Source: Candidatus Latescibacterota bacterium (lineage in GTDB: Bacteria; Latescibacterota; UBA2968; UBA8231). Taken from it: a stretch of DNA of 64,000 bases. The notes under the pieces are model-generated. The model did no database searches, had not been told where the DNA came from, and saw only the letters and a program-made list of their open reading frames with translations. How positions within the stretch are numbered: position 1 is the stretch's first letter; each line of letters opens with the position of its first letter. The position numbers were made by a program, and so were the translations under genes. The stretch covers positions 1,728,001 to 1,792,000 of the forward strand of contig OZ241362.1 of NCBI GenBank assembly GCA_965200315.1. Reading direction: 5' to 3'. Shown in pieces: positions 46,100 to 56,069 of this stretch.

Positions 46100-46867
46100 A
46101 TGACCGATAAACAAACGCCCGACGACCTAATTTGGGGCCGTCACCCCGTGCTCGAAGCCCTCCGCGCCGAACGCCCCCTGCGCCGCCTGCTCATCGCCAA
46201 GGGCGCGCACGGCCCGGTCATCGACGAAATTTTCGCGCACGCCCGGCAGGCTCGCATCCCTTATGATCTGCGCGACAAGGTCCAGCTTGACCGCCTCGCC
46301 GGTCCCCACCACCAAAGCGTCGTCGCCTATGCAGCCGCCGCAACGTACGCGGACTTCGACTCCGTGCTCGCCCACCTGCCGCCCCTTCAGCTAAGCTCAG
46401 GTCGAAGCCCGGCTCTACTCATCTTTCTCGATCAAGTGCAGGACCCCCACAACCTCGGCGCCATCATCCGCAGCGCCCACGCGCTCGGCGCACAAGGCGT
46501 AGTCGTGCCCGCCCGATCTGCCGCCGGCCTCTCCCCAGCCGTGCTCAAAGCCGCAGCCGGTGCCGCCCAGCACCTACCCGTCTGCCGAGTTGACAACTTG
46601 CAAAAAGCACTGCAAAAAGCCGCGGCCTGTGGGCTTTTTATCGCCGGACTCGACTCCCAAGGAGAGCAGTCCTTGACGACCGCAGACTTTACCCAGCCTT
46701 GCTCCCTAGTCATCGGCAGCGAGGGCAAGGGACTACGGCGCATGGTGCAAAAGCGCTGCGACGTACTCTTGCACATCCCCATGCAGCGCGAGGCCATCGG
46801 CTCGCTCAACGCCTCGGTGGCCGCTGGCATCGCCCTGTACGAAGTGCTGCGCCAGCGCCAGCCATGA
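46100..46867 (+). CDS. rlmB: 23S rRNA (Gm2251) methyltransferase, TrmH/SpoU family
   Basis: IWGRHPVLEAL, LDQVQDPHNLGAIIRS, GSEGKG, SLNASVA. Confidence 0.93.
   Translation: MTDKQTPDDLIWGRHPVLEALRAERPLRRLLIAKGAHGPVIDEIFAHARQARIPYDLRDKVQLDRLAGPHHQSVVAYAAAATYADFDSVLAHLPPLQLSSGRSPALLIFLDQVQDPHNLGAIIRSAHALGAQGVVVPARSAAGLSPAVLKAAAGAAQHLPVCRVDNLQKALQKAAACGLFIAGLDSQGEQSLTTADFTQPCSLVIGSEGKGLRRMVQKRCDVLLHIPMQREAIGSLNASVAAGIALYEVLRQRQP
46384..46409 (+). repeat. 22-bp palindromic mini-element, copy 3 (within rlmB linker)
   Basis: CC-TTCAGCTAAGCTCAGGTCGAAG-CC; 2 mismatches; read in a different frame as LQLSSGRS. Confidence 0.88.
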
Positions 46868-49317
46868 TCGGCCTACCAGTCCTCTGCCTCGCCCTCGCCC
46901 TAGTGAGCGGCAGCGAGGCGTCCGAAACCCAACTGCAAGAGACCCGCGCCCTGTTGACCCAAGCCAAGGGCCAAGACAAAGACCAAGGCTTTGCATACCA
47001 AGCCACCTATATGCGCTACTACGAGGTCGGCGACTCGCTCCTGTTGCAGGGACAGGCCCGCATCTCGTACAAAGGTGCTGAGCTAGAGGCCGCCGAAATC
47101 GTCTTCCGCCGCGCCCTCGACCAAGTCGAAGCGCGCGCCGCCCTTGATTCGCTTGGGCGCGTCGTCGGCCGCCCGGTGTTGCGCCAAGGCGACCAAACGC
47201 TGCGCGGCGAGCGCATCCTCTACGACCTCTCTACCGAACAAGGAACCATCCTCAAAGGCAAGATCCACCACGACAAAGGGTTTTACGCCGGACACTTGAT
47301 CCAGACCCGCAGCAGCACTGAGTTCCACGTCCACCAAGGCTCGTACACCACGTGCGACGCCGACCACCCGCACTTTGACTTCTACAGCCCGCGCATCAAG
47401 GTCATAGCTGGCGACATGGCCGTGGCGCGCCCAGTGTATTTCCGCATCAAGGAGCGGCGGCTGCTGTGGATCCCCTTCTACGTATTCTCGCTGCGCGAAG
47501 ACCGCCAGTCTGGGATTTTGACGCCGAGTTTTGGGCAACGCGCCCTTAGATTTGGGGCGCGGCAAAGCGAGTGGGAGCTGCGCAACTTGGGCTACTATCT
47601 CGCACCCAACGACTATTGGGACCTGTCCCTCGCGGCCGATCTGCGGCAGCACTCGGGCTGGCTAGGACGCGCCCGCCTCAACTACGCCGCGCGCTACCGA
47701 TTCAGAGGACGTGTCACCACCCAGTTTGAAAACCGCCAAGAGGGCCGCATAGCCTCGCGCAACTGGCGGCTCGAATTCAGGCACAGCCAAGAGTTGGGAC
47801 GCGACGCGAGCTTGCGGGCCGATGGCACCTTCCAGAGCAACAACAGCTTTGCCCAAGACAACAGCACCAGCCTCCAAGACCGCCTCAACCGCACCCTGCG
47901 CTCCAACCTCAGCTACACTCGGCGCTGGCGCGGCTCGGGCAATAGCTTGAGCCTAAAAGCGAGCCAGACCAAAAACCTCGACACCGAAAGTTTCTCCACC
48001 AGCCTGCCCGAGCTCCGCCTGCGCAAGAGCCGCAAGCCGATTTGGGGCCAAGCAAGCCAAAGCCGCCAAAATAGCCAAAACCTCCCCTGGTACAGCCGCA
48101 TTTACTACGACGGCAACGCCAGCCTGCGCAACACCCAGCGCGGCAGCCGCACGGACACCACCAGCCAAACCAAAGCCCAAGTAAGCTGGCGCGTCAGTGC
48201 GCAGTACCGCCCGTTCTCTTGGCTCAACCTCAGCCCGGCGCTCAACCAAGACTGGAGCGACCCAGATCTGCGCGAAGGCGCAATCCGCGGCCGGCGCAGG
48301 GACCGCTTCTCCACCCGCACGGCCCTGAGCCAGACCTTCTACGGGCTTTTTAACCCGTCCATCGGCCCGCTCCAAGCCCTGCGCCACGTACTCAAACCCA
48401 GCGTCTCGTTCAGCTATCAAGCCTCGCGCACCGATACCGGCGGCGTCTTGGGCTTTGGCGGCGACAGCAGCCGGCTCCAACACCGGCGGACCCTGAACCT
48501 GAGCCTCGGCAACACCTTCTGGGCCAAAATTTTGCGCGACGAAGAAGAGCACAAAGTGCGCCTAGTCCAGCTCAATTTCTCTACGGCCTATAACTTTGAG
48601 AAAAAGGAGCGCCAGCTAGCAGACCTGCGGACGACCCTAAGCGTCGCGGCGGGTCGCTACCTAAACTCGCAGCTAACCTTGCGCCACGAATTCTACGACG
48701 AGCAAGACCGATTGCACCTCTTGGCACCGCGCCGCGAGCAGCTCGAAGTACGGACCTCAGCTAGCTGGTCGCGGCGGTCAGCAGCGTCGCGCATGGACGC
48801 CAACCAGCTTGGTAATTTTGGCTCTTCCAGCCGATACGGACAGAGCAGTTTCGGTGCCTCCAGCCCCTACGGACAAAGTAGTTTTGGCACCTCCAGCCCC
48901 TACGGCCGGGAATCCTTTGGCTTTGAAAGCGGCCTCATGCGCGACATCGACAACCGCCGGCGCCGCACCCGCTTCCAACTCAGCCACTACATCTCGCACC
49001 GCCGCGCCACGGCTACGACTCCTCGCTTCATCCGCTCTTGGATACGGGGTGCGACTGGCTTTAGCTTGGGGGCGAGCTGGCATTGCAATTATTCGCTCAA
49101 CTACAATCTGCGCGTCCCGCGGACGCGGCTTTTAGCTACCGAGCGCATCACTTCCGAGCTGTTGTCCCTGCGAAAGGAATTCCACGACTGGACTGCGACC
49201 CTCAACGTGCAGCCGAGCACCTTTCACAAAAATCGGGCGTTCTTTTTTAAGGTGCAGCTAAAGGACATTCCGCAGCTCAAACTCGAGCGCGGCCAGCGGC
49301 GTTTCTACGGTAGTTGA
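46864..49317 (+). CDS. lptD: LPS-assembly protein LptD-like (FCB type)
   Basis: Signal peptide; GSYTTCD.DHPHF, RQSGILTP, LRNLGYY, LRHVLKP; C-terminal beta-strands. Confidence 0.8.
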   Translation: MIGLPVLCLALALVSGSEASETQLQETRALLTQAKGQDKDQGFAYQATYMRYYEVGDSLLLQGQARISYKGAELEAAEIVFRRALDQVEARAALDSLGRVVGRPVLRQGDQTLRGERILYDLSTEQGTILKGKIHHDKGFYAGHLIQTRSSTEFHVHQGSYTTCDADHPHFDFYSPRIKVIAGDMAVARPVYFRIKERRLLWIPFYVFSLREDRQSGILTPSFGQRALRFGARQSEWELRNLGYYLAPNDYWDLSLAADLRQHSGWLGRARLNYAARYRFRGRVTTQFENRQEGRIASRNWRLEFRHSQELGRDASLRADGTFQSNNSFAQDNSTSLQDRLNRTLRSNLSYTRRWRGSGNSLSLKASQTKNLDTESFSTSLPELRLRKSRKPIWGQASQSRQNSQNLPWYSRIYYDGNASLRNTQRGSRTDTTSQTKAQVSWRVSAQYRPFSWLNLSPALNQDWSDPDLREGAIRGRRRDRFSTRTALSQTFYGLFNPSIGPLQALRHVLKPSVSFSYQASRTDTGGVLGFGGDSSRLQHRRTLNLSLGNTFWAKILRDEEEHKVRLVQLNFSTAYNFEKKERQLADLRTTLSVAAGRYLNSQLTLRHEFYDEQDRLHLLAPRREQLEVRTSASWSRRSAASRMDANQLGNFGSSSRYGQSSFGASSPYGQSSFGTSSPYGRESFGFESGLMRDIDNRRRRTRFQLSHYISHRRATATTPRFIRSWIRGATGFSLGASWHCNYSLNYNLRVPRTRLLATERITSELLSLRKEFHDWTATLNVQPSTFHKNRAFFFKVQLKDIPQLKLERGQRRFYGS
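48817..48921 (+). repeat. 33-bp tandem repeat x3 in LptD-like gene
   Basis: Encodes FGSSSRYGQSS / FGASSPYGQSS / FGTSSPYGRES / FG. Confidence 0.9.
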
Positions 49318-49341
49318 CAGAGGTGCGGCGAGGGGTACATT
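49314..49341 (+). promoter_or_regulatory. Sigma70-type promoter upstream of dtd
   Basis: TTGACA-16 nt-TACATT. Confidence 0.65.
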
Positions 49342-49403
49342 TGAAACGCATGCGACGATTCCCAAGCCTCAAAGACTTGGATTTTTGAGAACTCGCATCA
49401 TGG

Positions 49404-49430
49404 TAATCACAATAATCACAATAATCACAG
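49404..49430 (+). repeat. 9-bp tandem repeat (TAATCACAA) x3 in dtd leader
   Basis: TAATCACAA TAATCACAA TAATCACAG. Confidence 0.9.
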
Positions 49431-49443
49431 TCCACTCCCCCCC

Positions 49444-49887
49444 GTGAAAGTCCTCGTCCAGCGCGTCAGCCACGCTAGCGTCCACGTCGATGGCCAACTC
49501 CACGGCCAAATCGGCCAAGGCCTAGTCCTGCTCGTCGGCTTCGGTCCCGACGACGACGAGCAAGCGTTGCGCTTCTGCGCTGAAAAGTGCGCTAACTTGC
49601 GCATCTTTGCCGACGACCAAGGCAAGATGAATCGCTCGGTGCTCGACATCGGCGGCGGCGTACTCGCCATCTCCCAGTTTACCCTGTACGGCGACTGTCG
49701 CAAGGGCCGTCGCCCCAGCTTCGTCCAAGCCGCTCCGCCTTCGGTTGCCGAGTGCCTGTACGAGCGCTTTCTCGCCCTGCTCGCCGAACAGGGCTTGCCG
49801 CCCGAGTGCGGTGTCTTCGGCGCGTACATGCAGGTCGAAATCCACAACGACGGTCCGGTCACCTTAATGGTGGAGTATCCAGCGTGA
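49444..49887 (+). CDS. dtd: D-aminoacyl-tRNA deacylase
   Basis: VQRV, LRIFADDQGKMN, SQFTL, KGRRPSF, NDGPVT. Confidence 0.97.
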   Translation: MKVLVQRVSHASVHVDGQLHGQIGQGLVLLVGFGPDDDEQALRFCAEKCANLRIFADDQGKMNRSVLDIGGGVLAISQFTLYGDCRKGRRPSFVQAAPPSVAECLYERFLALLAEQGLPPECGVFGAYMQVEIHNDGPVTLMVEYPA

Positions 49888-50471
49888 AGCCGCTCATCCT
49901 CGGCTCGGCCTCGCCGCGGCGCGCCGCCCTGTTGCGCCAACTCGCCCTGCCCTTTACAGTCGTCCCCAGTCCGCTGCAAGAGCCGGTGCCCGCAACGTCC
50001 ATTCCGGCCGACTATGCACTCGAATCGGCCGGGGCCAAAGCCCGCGCCGTGGCCAGCGTAGTCGCTGCGGACGCCATCGTCATCGCCGCAGACACCATCG
50101 TCTATAGCAACGGCGCAATATTGGGCAAGCCCGCCGACGCAGCCGATGCGGCCTCCATGCTCGGTCGCCTCTCGGGCCAGGTCCATCAGGTCTATACCGG
50201 CCTAGCCATCCAAAGCGGTGATCAGCTTCTGCAGGAAGCTGTTTGCACCCAAGTGGAGATGCGGACCTTGACCGCCGCCAACATCGCCGCTTACGTCACC
50301 AGCGGCGAACCTCTCGACAAGGCCGGAGGCTATGGCATACAGGGGCTAGGGGCGCGCTTTATTGAACGCATCGCAGGTTGTTATTATAATGTAGTTGGTC
50401 TGCCCTTAGCTCGGCTTTGCGTCCTTTTGAGCGCGGTGGGGTGCGACCTAAACGATCAGGCCACAAAATGA
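49884..50471 (+). CDS. maf: Maf family nucleotide pyrophosphatase
   Basis: LILGSASPRR, IAADTIV, ILGKP, DKAGGYGIQG, NVVGLP. Confidence 0.95.
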   Translation: MKPLILGSASPRRAALLRQLALPFTVVPSPLQEPVPATSIPADYALESAGAKARAVASVVAADAIVIAADTIVYSNGAILGKPADAADAASMLGRLSGQVHQVYTGLAIQSGDQLLQEAVCTQVEMRTLTAANIAAYVTSGEPLDKAGGYGIQGLGARFIERIAGCYYNVVGLPLARLCVLLSAVGCDLNDQATK

Positions 50472-51382
50472 GCGAAGAAAAACGACAAACCATCGGCGAA
50501 GAATTGTCTGCCGCACGCCAAGCGCACGGCCTTGAGCTCGAAGAAGTCCAGAAAAAAAGCGGCGTTAGTATTTTCGTCTTACAGGGCATAGAAGCCGACG
50601 ATCTCGAGGTAGTTGAGCCGGTATTCGTCCGCTTAGCCCTGAAAGCATACGCTGAATGCCTCGACCTCGATCCTGATCCGTTCCTGAGCCGCTTTGACCA
50701 ACAATACGGCCGAATCATGCAAGCTCGCTCCCGACCTGTGGTCGTCCTATCGCAGCCTACTCAGCGCCGCTCTCATAAGCCGCTGATCGTCACCGGCTCG
50801 ATAATAGGTGCCTGCTGCATCCTCGCTGTGGTGTTCTTCTACCTTTACGCGCCGTCACAGCCTCCAACGCAAGCGCCTAGCACCCCAACCCAAGCGGCTG
50901 ACATCCCAACGCAAACGCCTAGCACTCCAACCCAAGCGGCTGACACCTCGGCCCAATCTCAGCCGGCAGCCACTCCAAGCGACCCGTCCGTCCAGTCCTC
51001 CACCGAACCAGATGCGGCTGATCCTATCGCAACCACAGCGGCTGCACAAGCCACCGAACCCGCCCCCGTAGTCCTCGAACTGGAGGCCCGCGACTCCACT
51101 TGGGTGCAGATCCGCTGGGATAACGCAGCAGAAAACTTTGAGGCCATCGTTCCACCCGGCGAGCGCCACCGATTTGAGGCCCGCGACCACTTCGACGTGC
51201 TCTCGACCCGTCCCCACGGCTTGCGCTATTGGTTGAACGGCCAATTACTCGGCGACGGCCAGCTCGGCGACCCCAATCAAGTGCTGCGCTTCCGCGCCAC
51301 AGCCGACAGCATCAAATTCCTAGAACCGATAAGACCGAATTTACAGCCCCCCACAGGAGAGGCCCCCGACGCCCAACCATGA
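50468..51382 (+). CDS. rodZ: RodZ-like cytoskeletal membrane protein (HTH + TM + DUF4115)
   Basis: IGEELSAARQAHGL HTH, YAECLDLDP, single TM, Pro/Thr linker, LELEARDSTWVQI. Confidence 0.85.
   Translation: MSEEKRQTIGEELSAARQAHGLELEEVQKKSGVSIFVLQGIEADDLEVVEPVFVRLALKAYAECLDLDPDPFLSRFDQQYGRIMQARSRPVVVLSQPTQRRSHKPLIVTGSIIGACCILAVVFFYLYAPSQPPTQAPSTPTQAADIPTQTPSTPTQAADTSAQSQPAATPSDPSVQSSTEPDAADPIATTAAAQATEPAPVVLELEARDSTWVQIRWDNAAENFEAIVPPGERHRFEARDHFDVLSTRPHGLRYWLNGQLLGDGQLGDPNQVLRFRATADSIKFLEPIRPNLQPPTGEAPDAQP
50864..50947 (+). repeat. 42-bp tandem duplication in RodZ linker
   Basis: PTQAPSTPTQAADI / PTQTPSTPTQAADT. Confidence 0.9.
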
Positions 51383-53853
51383 TCCAAGGCTACGTAGAGG
51401 TCTCCCTGCCACCCCCCGTAGTGCGCGAGTTGACCTATGGCGTACCTGCTGAATTTGCCGCAGAAGCGCAGCCTGGGGCCTTAGTGTTGGTGCCGGTAGT
51501 CCAGCGTCGGCTCACCGGCATTGTCTTAGGGCCAGCTACACTCGGCGACTTTCCCCCAAGCAAGATCCGCCCTATCGAACAAATTCTCGACACCTCGCTC
51601 CTCAGTCCAGAGGTCGTCGCACTCTGCCGCTGGATGGCTTCCTACTACATGGCTCCCCTCGGCAGTGCGCTGATGGCCGCGCTGCCCCCAGGCGTCAAAC
51701 TCAGCTCCAATCGCCTCGTACAATTGCGCGACGCACCCACTGGCCACCACGCGGGTATAGAGGCGCAGATCATCGGCGAACTCCAGCGCAGCGGCCCCCT
51801 CAAAGTTAGCACCCTCAAGCGCCGACTCGGCAGCCGGGGCTTGGAAAAGGGCGTACGCGCCCTGCGCCGCAGCGGACACATCGAAATCGCGCCCGTGCTC
51901 GAAGACCGGCGACCCCGCGCCCTGAGTCAACGCTGCTTCCTCCTAAACGACGAACCAGCCGCGCACACAGCCATAGCCGCCATCGAAAAGCGCGCACCGC
52001 GCCAAGCGGCCTGTCTGCGCTACTTGCTCGACCACCCCACGGCTGCGCACAGTGAACTGAGCGCGGCTGGTTTTTCCTCGGCTGTACTCAAGGCACTCGA
52101 AGGCCGCGGCTTGATTTCACCAACGACCGAGGAAGTCATCCGCAATCCCCTCGCCCACATCGCCAGCGGCACCCCCCCGGACCTCGTCCCTACAGCCGAC
52201 CAGCAACAGGTCCTCAACGACCTATCGGCCGCGCTCGACGCCCGCACATTCTATCCGGCCTTGCTGCACGGCGTCACCGGCTCGGGCAAAACCCTTGTGT
52301 ACGTCCAACTTGTGGCGCAAGCGTTGGCTGCCGGGCGCGGCGCGATCATCTTGGTGCCAGAAATCGCCCTCGCCTGGCAGATGGTGCGGCGCTTCAAGGA
52401 GCACTTCGGCGAGGCGGTCGCCGTTTTCCACAGCCAGCTTTCGGCTGGAGAGCGCTACGACACTTGGCGTCGCTTGCGCCGGCGCTCCCAGCGCGTACTC
52501 ATCGGCGCTCGCTCGGCCATCCTCGCACCGGTAGAAGATCTGGGGCTGATTGTCGTGGACGAAGAGCACGACACCTCGTACAAGCAAGAAGATCTAGACA
52601 GCAGCCACCCCCTCACCTACAACGCCCGCGACCTCGCCTTAGTGCGCGGGCAGCGCTGCAACGCCGTCGTGGTCCTCGGCTCGGCCACGCCCAGCTTAGA
52701 GTCGCACTGGAATGCCGCCACCGGCAAGTACCACCGCCACACCTTGCCCCGCCGCATCGACGACCGCCCCTTGCCACAAGTGACGGTCGTCGATATGAAA
52801 CAGGAGCCTTTCCAAAGAAAGCAGCGCACCATCTTCTCGCACGACTTGCGGCGCAAGATGCAAGATCGCCTCGTGCGCGGCGAGAAAATCATCCTGTTGC
52901 AAAATCGCCGCGGCTTCGCTCCCTTCATTAGCTGCACTGCCTGTGGCGAGCCGATCCAGTGCCCTAGTTGCCGCGTCTCGCTGACTTATCATCGGCGACC
53001 TTCGGCTGAGCTCAGGTCGAAGCCCACCGCCTCTGAGACGCGCTGTCATTACTGCGACTTTGAGGCTCCACCGCCGCCGGTCTGTCCGTCCTGCGGCAGC
53101 TCGGAACTGCGCTTTGCCGGCGTGGGCACTCAACGAGTCGAAAGCGCCCTTTTGGCCCAATTTCCCGGCATTCGCGTCATCCGCATGGACGTGGATACCA
53201 CCGCTTGGAAAGGCGCACACGACGCGCTCGTCGAGCGCTTCCGCAACGGCGAGGCCGATGTGCTGCTCGGCACCCAAATGGTCGCCAAGGGCCTCGATCT
53301 GCCCGAAGTCACGCTTGTCGGCGTGATTTCCGCCGACACCGGCATGCACCTGCCCGACTTCCGCGCGGCCGAGCGCAGCTTCCAGCTTCTAACCCAAGTC
53401 GCCGGCCGTGCGGGGCGCGGCCACACAGCCGGTGAGGTCGTCATCCAGACGCTCCTGCCCGACGACGCAGCCTTGCGCGAGGCCGCCAACCAAAATTACG
53501 CGGCCTTTGCCCACAACGAACTAGCCCAGCGGCGGCAGGCCGGATTCCCTCCGTTTGGCCGCCTCATTGTCTTCCGCTGGCGCGGCCCCTGCGAGCAAGC
53601 CGTCGAAACCGGGGCGCAACAGGGCGTCAACGCCTTGCGGCAGGGCCTCGACCAAGATGCGCTCGTGCTCGGGCCGGCACCAGCCCCACTGGCGCGGCTG
53701 CGCGGTCACTACCGCTGGCAAGCCCTCTTGCGCGGCTCCTCGGTGCGCCATTTGCGCACAACGGCCCTCAGCGCATTGCCAGCCATGCGCGAGGCCGCCA
53801 AAGATCACGCCCTCCACTTTTCTATCAACATTGACCCTCTAACAATGATGTAG
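51379..53853 (+). CDS. priA: Primosomal protein N'
   Basis: LLHGVTGSGKT, VDEEHD, NRRGF, four CxxC pairs, GTQMVAKG, QVAGRAGR. Confidence 0.97.
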   Translation: MIQGYVEVSLPPPVVRELTYGVPAEFAAEAQPGALVLVPVVQRRLTGIVLGPATLGDFPPSKIRPIEQILDTSLLSPEVVALCRWMASYYMAPLGSALMAALPPGVKLSSNRLVQLRDAPTGHHAGIEAQIIGELQRSGPLKVSTLKRRLGSRGLEKGVRALRRSGHIEIAPVLEDRRPRALSQRCFLLNDEPAAHTAIAAIEKRAPRQAACLRYLLDHPTAAHSELSAAGFSSAVLKALEGRGLISPTTEEVIRNPLAHIASGTPPDLVPTADQQQVLNDLSAALDARTFYPALLHGVTGSGKTLVYVQLVAQALAAGRGAIILVPEIALAWQMVRRFKEHFGEAVAVFHSQLSAGERYDTWRRLRRRSQRVLIGARSAILAPVEDLGLIVVDEEHDTSYKQEDLDSSHPLTYNARDLALVRGQRCNAVVVLGSATPSLESHWNAATGKYHRHTLPRRIDDRPLPQVTVVDMKQEPFQRKQRTIFSHDLRRKMQDRLVRGEKIILLQNRRGFAPFISCTACGEPIQCPSCRVSLTYHRRPSAELRSKPTASETRCHYCDFEAPPPPVCPSCGSSELRFAGVGTQRVESALLAQFPGIRVIRMDVDTTAWKGAHDALVERFRNGEADVLLGTQMVAKGLDLPEVTLVGVISADTGMHLPDFRAAERSFQLLTQVAGRAGRGHTAGEVVIQTLLPDDAALREAANQNYAAFAHNELAQRRQAGFPPFGRLIVFRWRGPCEQAVETGAQQGVNALRQGLDQDALVLGPAPAPLARLRGHYRWQALLRGSSVRHLRTTALSALPAMREAAKDHALHFSINIDPLTMM
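52999..53024 (+). repeat. 22-bp palindromic mini-element, copy 4 (within priA Zn-binding region)
   Basis: CC-TTCGGCTGAGCTCAGGTCGAAG-CC; identical to copy 2. Confidence 0.92.
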
Positions 53854-53863
53854 GCCGTCCCCT

Positions 53864-56068
53864 ATGCTCTTGCTCCGCCTTGCTCCACTGCTGCTTGTGG
53901 CTCTGCCCTGCCGCGCCCAGCTATCTGGCACCCAATGGGAAGCCCACACCAGTATGCGCCAAATCAACCGAGTCCTCGTCCACCAAGACGCGGTCTGGGC
54001 CGGCACCCACGGCGGTGTCCTACGCTACGATCAGCAGACCCAATCCTATACGCGCTTCACCCGCCGCGACGGCCTGCCGGGCAACCTCATCTTGAGCCTA
54101 TCTGTAGATGCCAACGGTCACCTGTGGTTTGGTACGCACACTCAGGGTTTGAGCCGCTATCGGCCCGAGCAAAACCGCTTCGACCCGCCCTTTCTCGACT
54201 TCCAAAACCTTCGCATCAACGCCCTTGAGCCTCATGGGGACATCCTCTACGTCGGCAGCGAGCGCGGCGTCAGCGCGTTTGTCATCAGCAAGGAAGAGGT
54301 CAAGGAAACCTATCGCCGCTTGGGAGCGCTGCCCAAAGACACCGAGGTGACCAGCATTGAAGTGTTTGCCGGTCGCCTGTGGGCCGGGACCGTCAATGGC
54401 CTAGTGTGGGCGGATTTGGACCAGCCCAATCTCCAAGACCCCAGCAGTTGGGAGGCTGAGCCAATAAGGGGCGAGGTGCGCGACGTGCTGATCTATCAAG
54501 ACACGCTCTTCGTCGCGGCCACGAGCGGCCTCTGGCGGGTACATCCCGCGCTTGACCGGCCCGAACTCGATTACTCCACGACCAACAGCGTTGCCCTCGG
54601 CCTCTTTGAGGGGAGCATCGTCACTGGGGCGGCTGACGGGACCTTATCCCAGCGCCAAGGCTCTCGCTGGCAACCCCTCGGGGCACCGCATATTCGCAGC
54701 ACCGCCGACCTGTCCGACACCGACGACCACCTGTGGGTCGCCAGCGAGAGCGGCCTGCGCGTCCTCGGCACCAACCAACCGCCACCACCCCGCGAGCCTA
54801 TAGGCAACTTCTTCTTCGACATAGCGCAGACTCCCAACGGCCACCTGTGGGTCGCCTCCGTGCCCAAGGACAATCTGCCCGCTTTTGGTCTGTACGAATT
54901 CGACGGAGAGGGTTGGACTACCCACACCACCAATACCGACCTGTCGTCCAATACCGTCTCGGCTTTGGAGACCGACGACGAGGGCCTGCTGTGGGTAGGC
55001 CATTGGGGCCTAGGCATTAACGTGCGCGACACCAACGGCCAGTGGCAGCATCTCACCGCCAACAACTCGGCTCTCGAAGGCATCAACGGCGGTTCCTTTG
55101 TCCCCATCAGCGACATCGACCGCGACGCCAACGGCGCGCTGTGGATCGCCAACGTCCGCAATGGGCTCGTCGTCATGGATGGGTGGCCGCCCCAACAGGC
55201 CGCGCTCAACAGCCAGTTGAACTTCGGCATGTCCTCAGGCCGCGACATGACCAAAATCGCCATTGGTCCCGACGGCCTAAAGTGGATTGGGACGGCACTC
55301 GACGGCTTCTGCCTCTTAGACGATGGCGGCACCCCTTTTGAGATCGGCGATGAGACCGGCTTCATTTTCGACACAATCGGTTATCCAGACCTGACCAGCA
55401 ACGCCGTCATCGACATCCACGTCGATCGCTCAGAGCGAGTGTGGGTCGCCACGAACAACGGCCTTAATGCAGTGCGCGGCGAGTATTCGCGCACCAACGC
55501 GGACTTTGCTGTCACAAGCTGGAAGGTGTACAACACCGACAACGGCCTGCCATCCAACGCGACCACGTCGCTGGCCGAAGACGACTGGGGGCGCATTTGG
55601 GTCGGCACTGAAGGCGGCTTGGCCCGCATCAGCACCGAGGGCCAAGTCGAGTTTGCACTCGACACTAGCGACGGCCTCGTCAACAACCGCGTCAACTCGC
55701 TCTATTTCGATCAGGAAAGTGGCTCGCTGTGGATTGGCACACTTGGCGGGATGAGCCGCCTGCAACTCGGTACCTCGGGGACCGCCTCTGGTCCTCAGGC
55801 ATACGCGTATCCCAACCCCTTTCACATCGGCGTACGCGACGCAGCTTTGACCTTTGCCGACCTGCCGCTGGGGGCCGGTGTACACATTTTCACCGCAGCC
55901 GGCGAATTCGTCCGCCAGCTCGAAGGCGCAGCCGGCGAAGGCGCGGTCACTTGGAATGGGCAGAGCGCGGCGGGTTTTCTCGTGGGATCGGGTATTTACT
56001 ACTTTGTAGCACAGGCAGAAACCGGCGACGCCGTGCGCGGCAAATTCGCCGTAATCAACAACCGCTGA
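53864..56068 (+). CDS. PorZ-like double beta-propeller protein with C-terminal T9SS/FlgD-like domain
   Basis: Signal peptide; Reg_prop repeats (GLPGNLI.SL.VD..G.LWFGT); C-terminus AYPNPF...IFTAAGEFVRQL...WNG...GSGIYY. Confidence 0.78.
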   Translation: MLLLRLAPLLLVALPCRAQLSGTQWEAHTSMRQINRVLVHQDAVWAGTHGGVLRYDQQTQSYTRFTRRDGLPGNLILSLSVDANGHLWFGTHTQGLSRYRPEQNRFDPPFLDFQNLRINALEPHGDILYVGSERGVSAFVISKEEVKETYRRLGALPKDTEVTSIEVFAGRLWAGTVNGLVWADLDQPNLQDPSSWEAEPIRGEVRDVLIYQDTLFVAATSGLWRVHPALDRPELDYSTTNSVALGLFEGSIVTGAADGTLSQRQGSRWQPLGAPHIRSTADLSDTDDHLWVASESGLRVLGTNQPPPPREPIGNFFFDIAQTPNGHLWVASVPKDNLPAFGLYEFDGEGWTTHTTNTDLSSNTVSALETDDEGLLWVGHWGLGINVRDTNGQWQHLTANNSALEGINGGSFVPISDIDRDANGALWIANVRNGLVVMDGWPPQQAALNSQLNFGMSSGRDMTKIAIGPDGLKWIGTALDGFCLLDDGGTPFEIGDETGFIFDTIGYPDLTSNAVIDIHVDRSERVWVATNNGLNAVRGEYSRTNADFAVTSWKVYNTDNGLPSNATTSLAEDDWGRIWVGTEGGLARISTEGQVEFALDTSDGLVNNRVNSLYFDQESGSLWIGTLGGMSRLQLGTSGTASGPQAYAYPNPFHIGVRDAALTFADLPLGAGVHIFTAAGEFVRQLEGAAGEGAVTWNGQSAAGFLVGSGIYYFVAQAETGDAVRGKFAVINNR

Positions 56069-56069
56069 C

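Noticed and set aside
50864-50947. RodZ linker duplication as a novel feature
   Set aside because: Pro/Thr-rich linker duplications are ordinary in RodZ-like proteins; listed as a repeat only.
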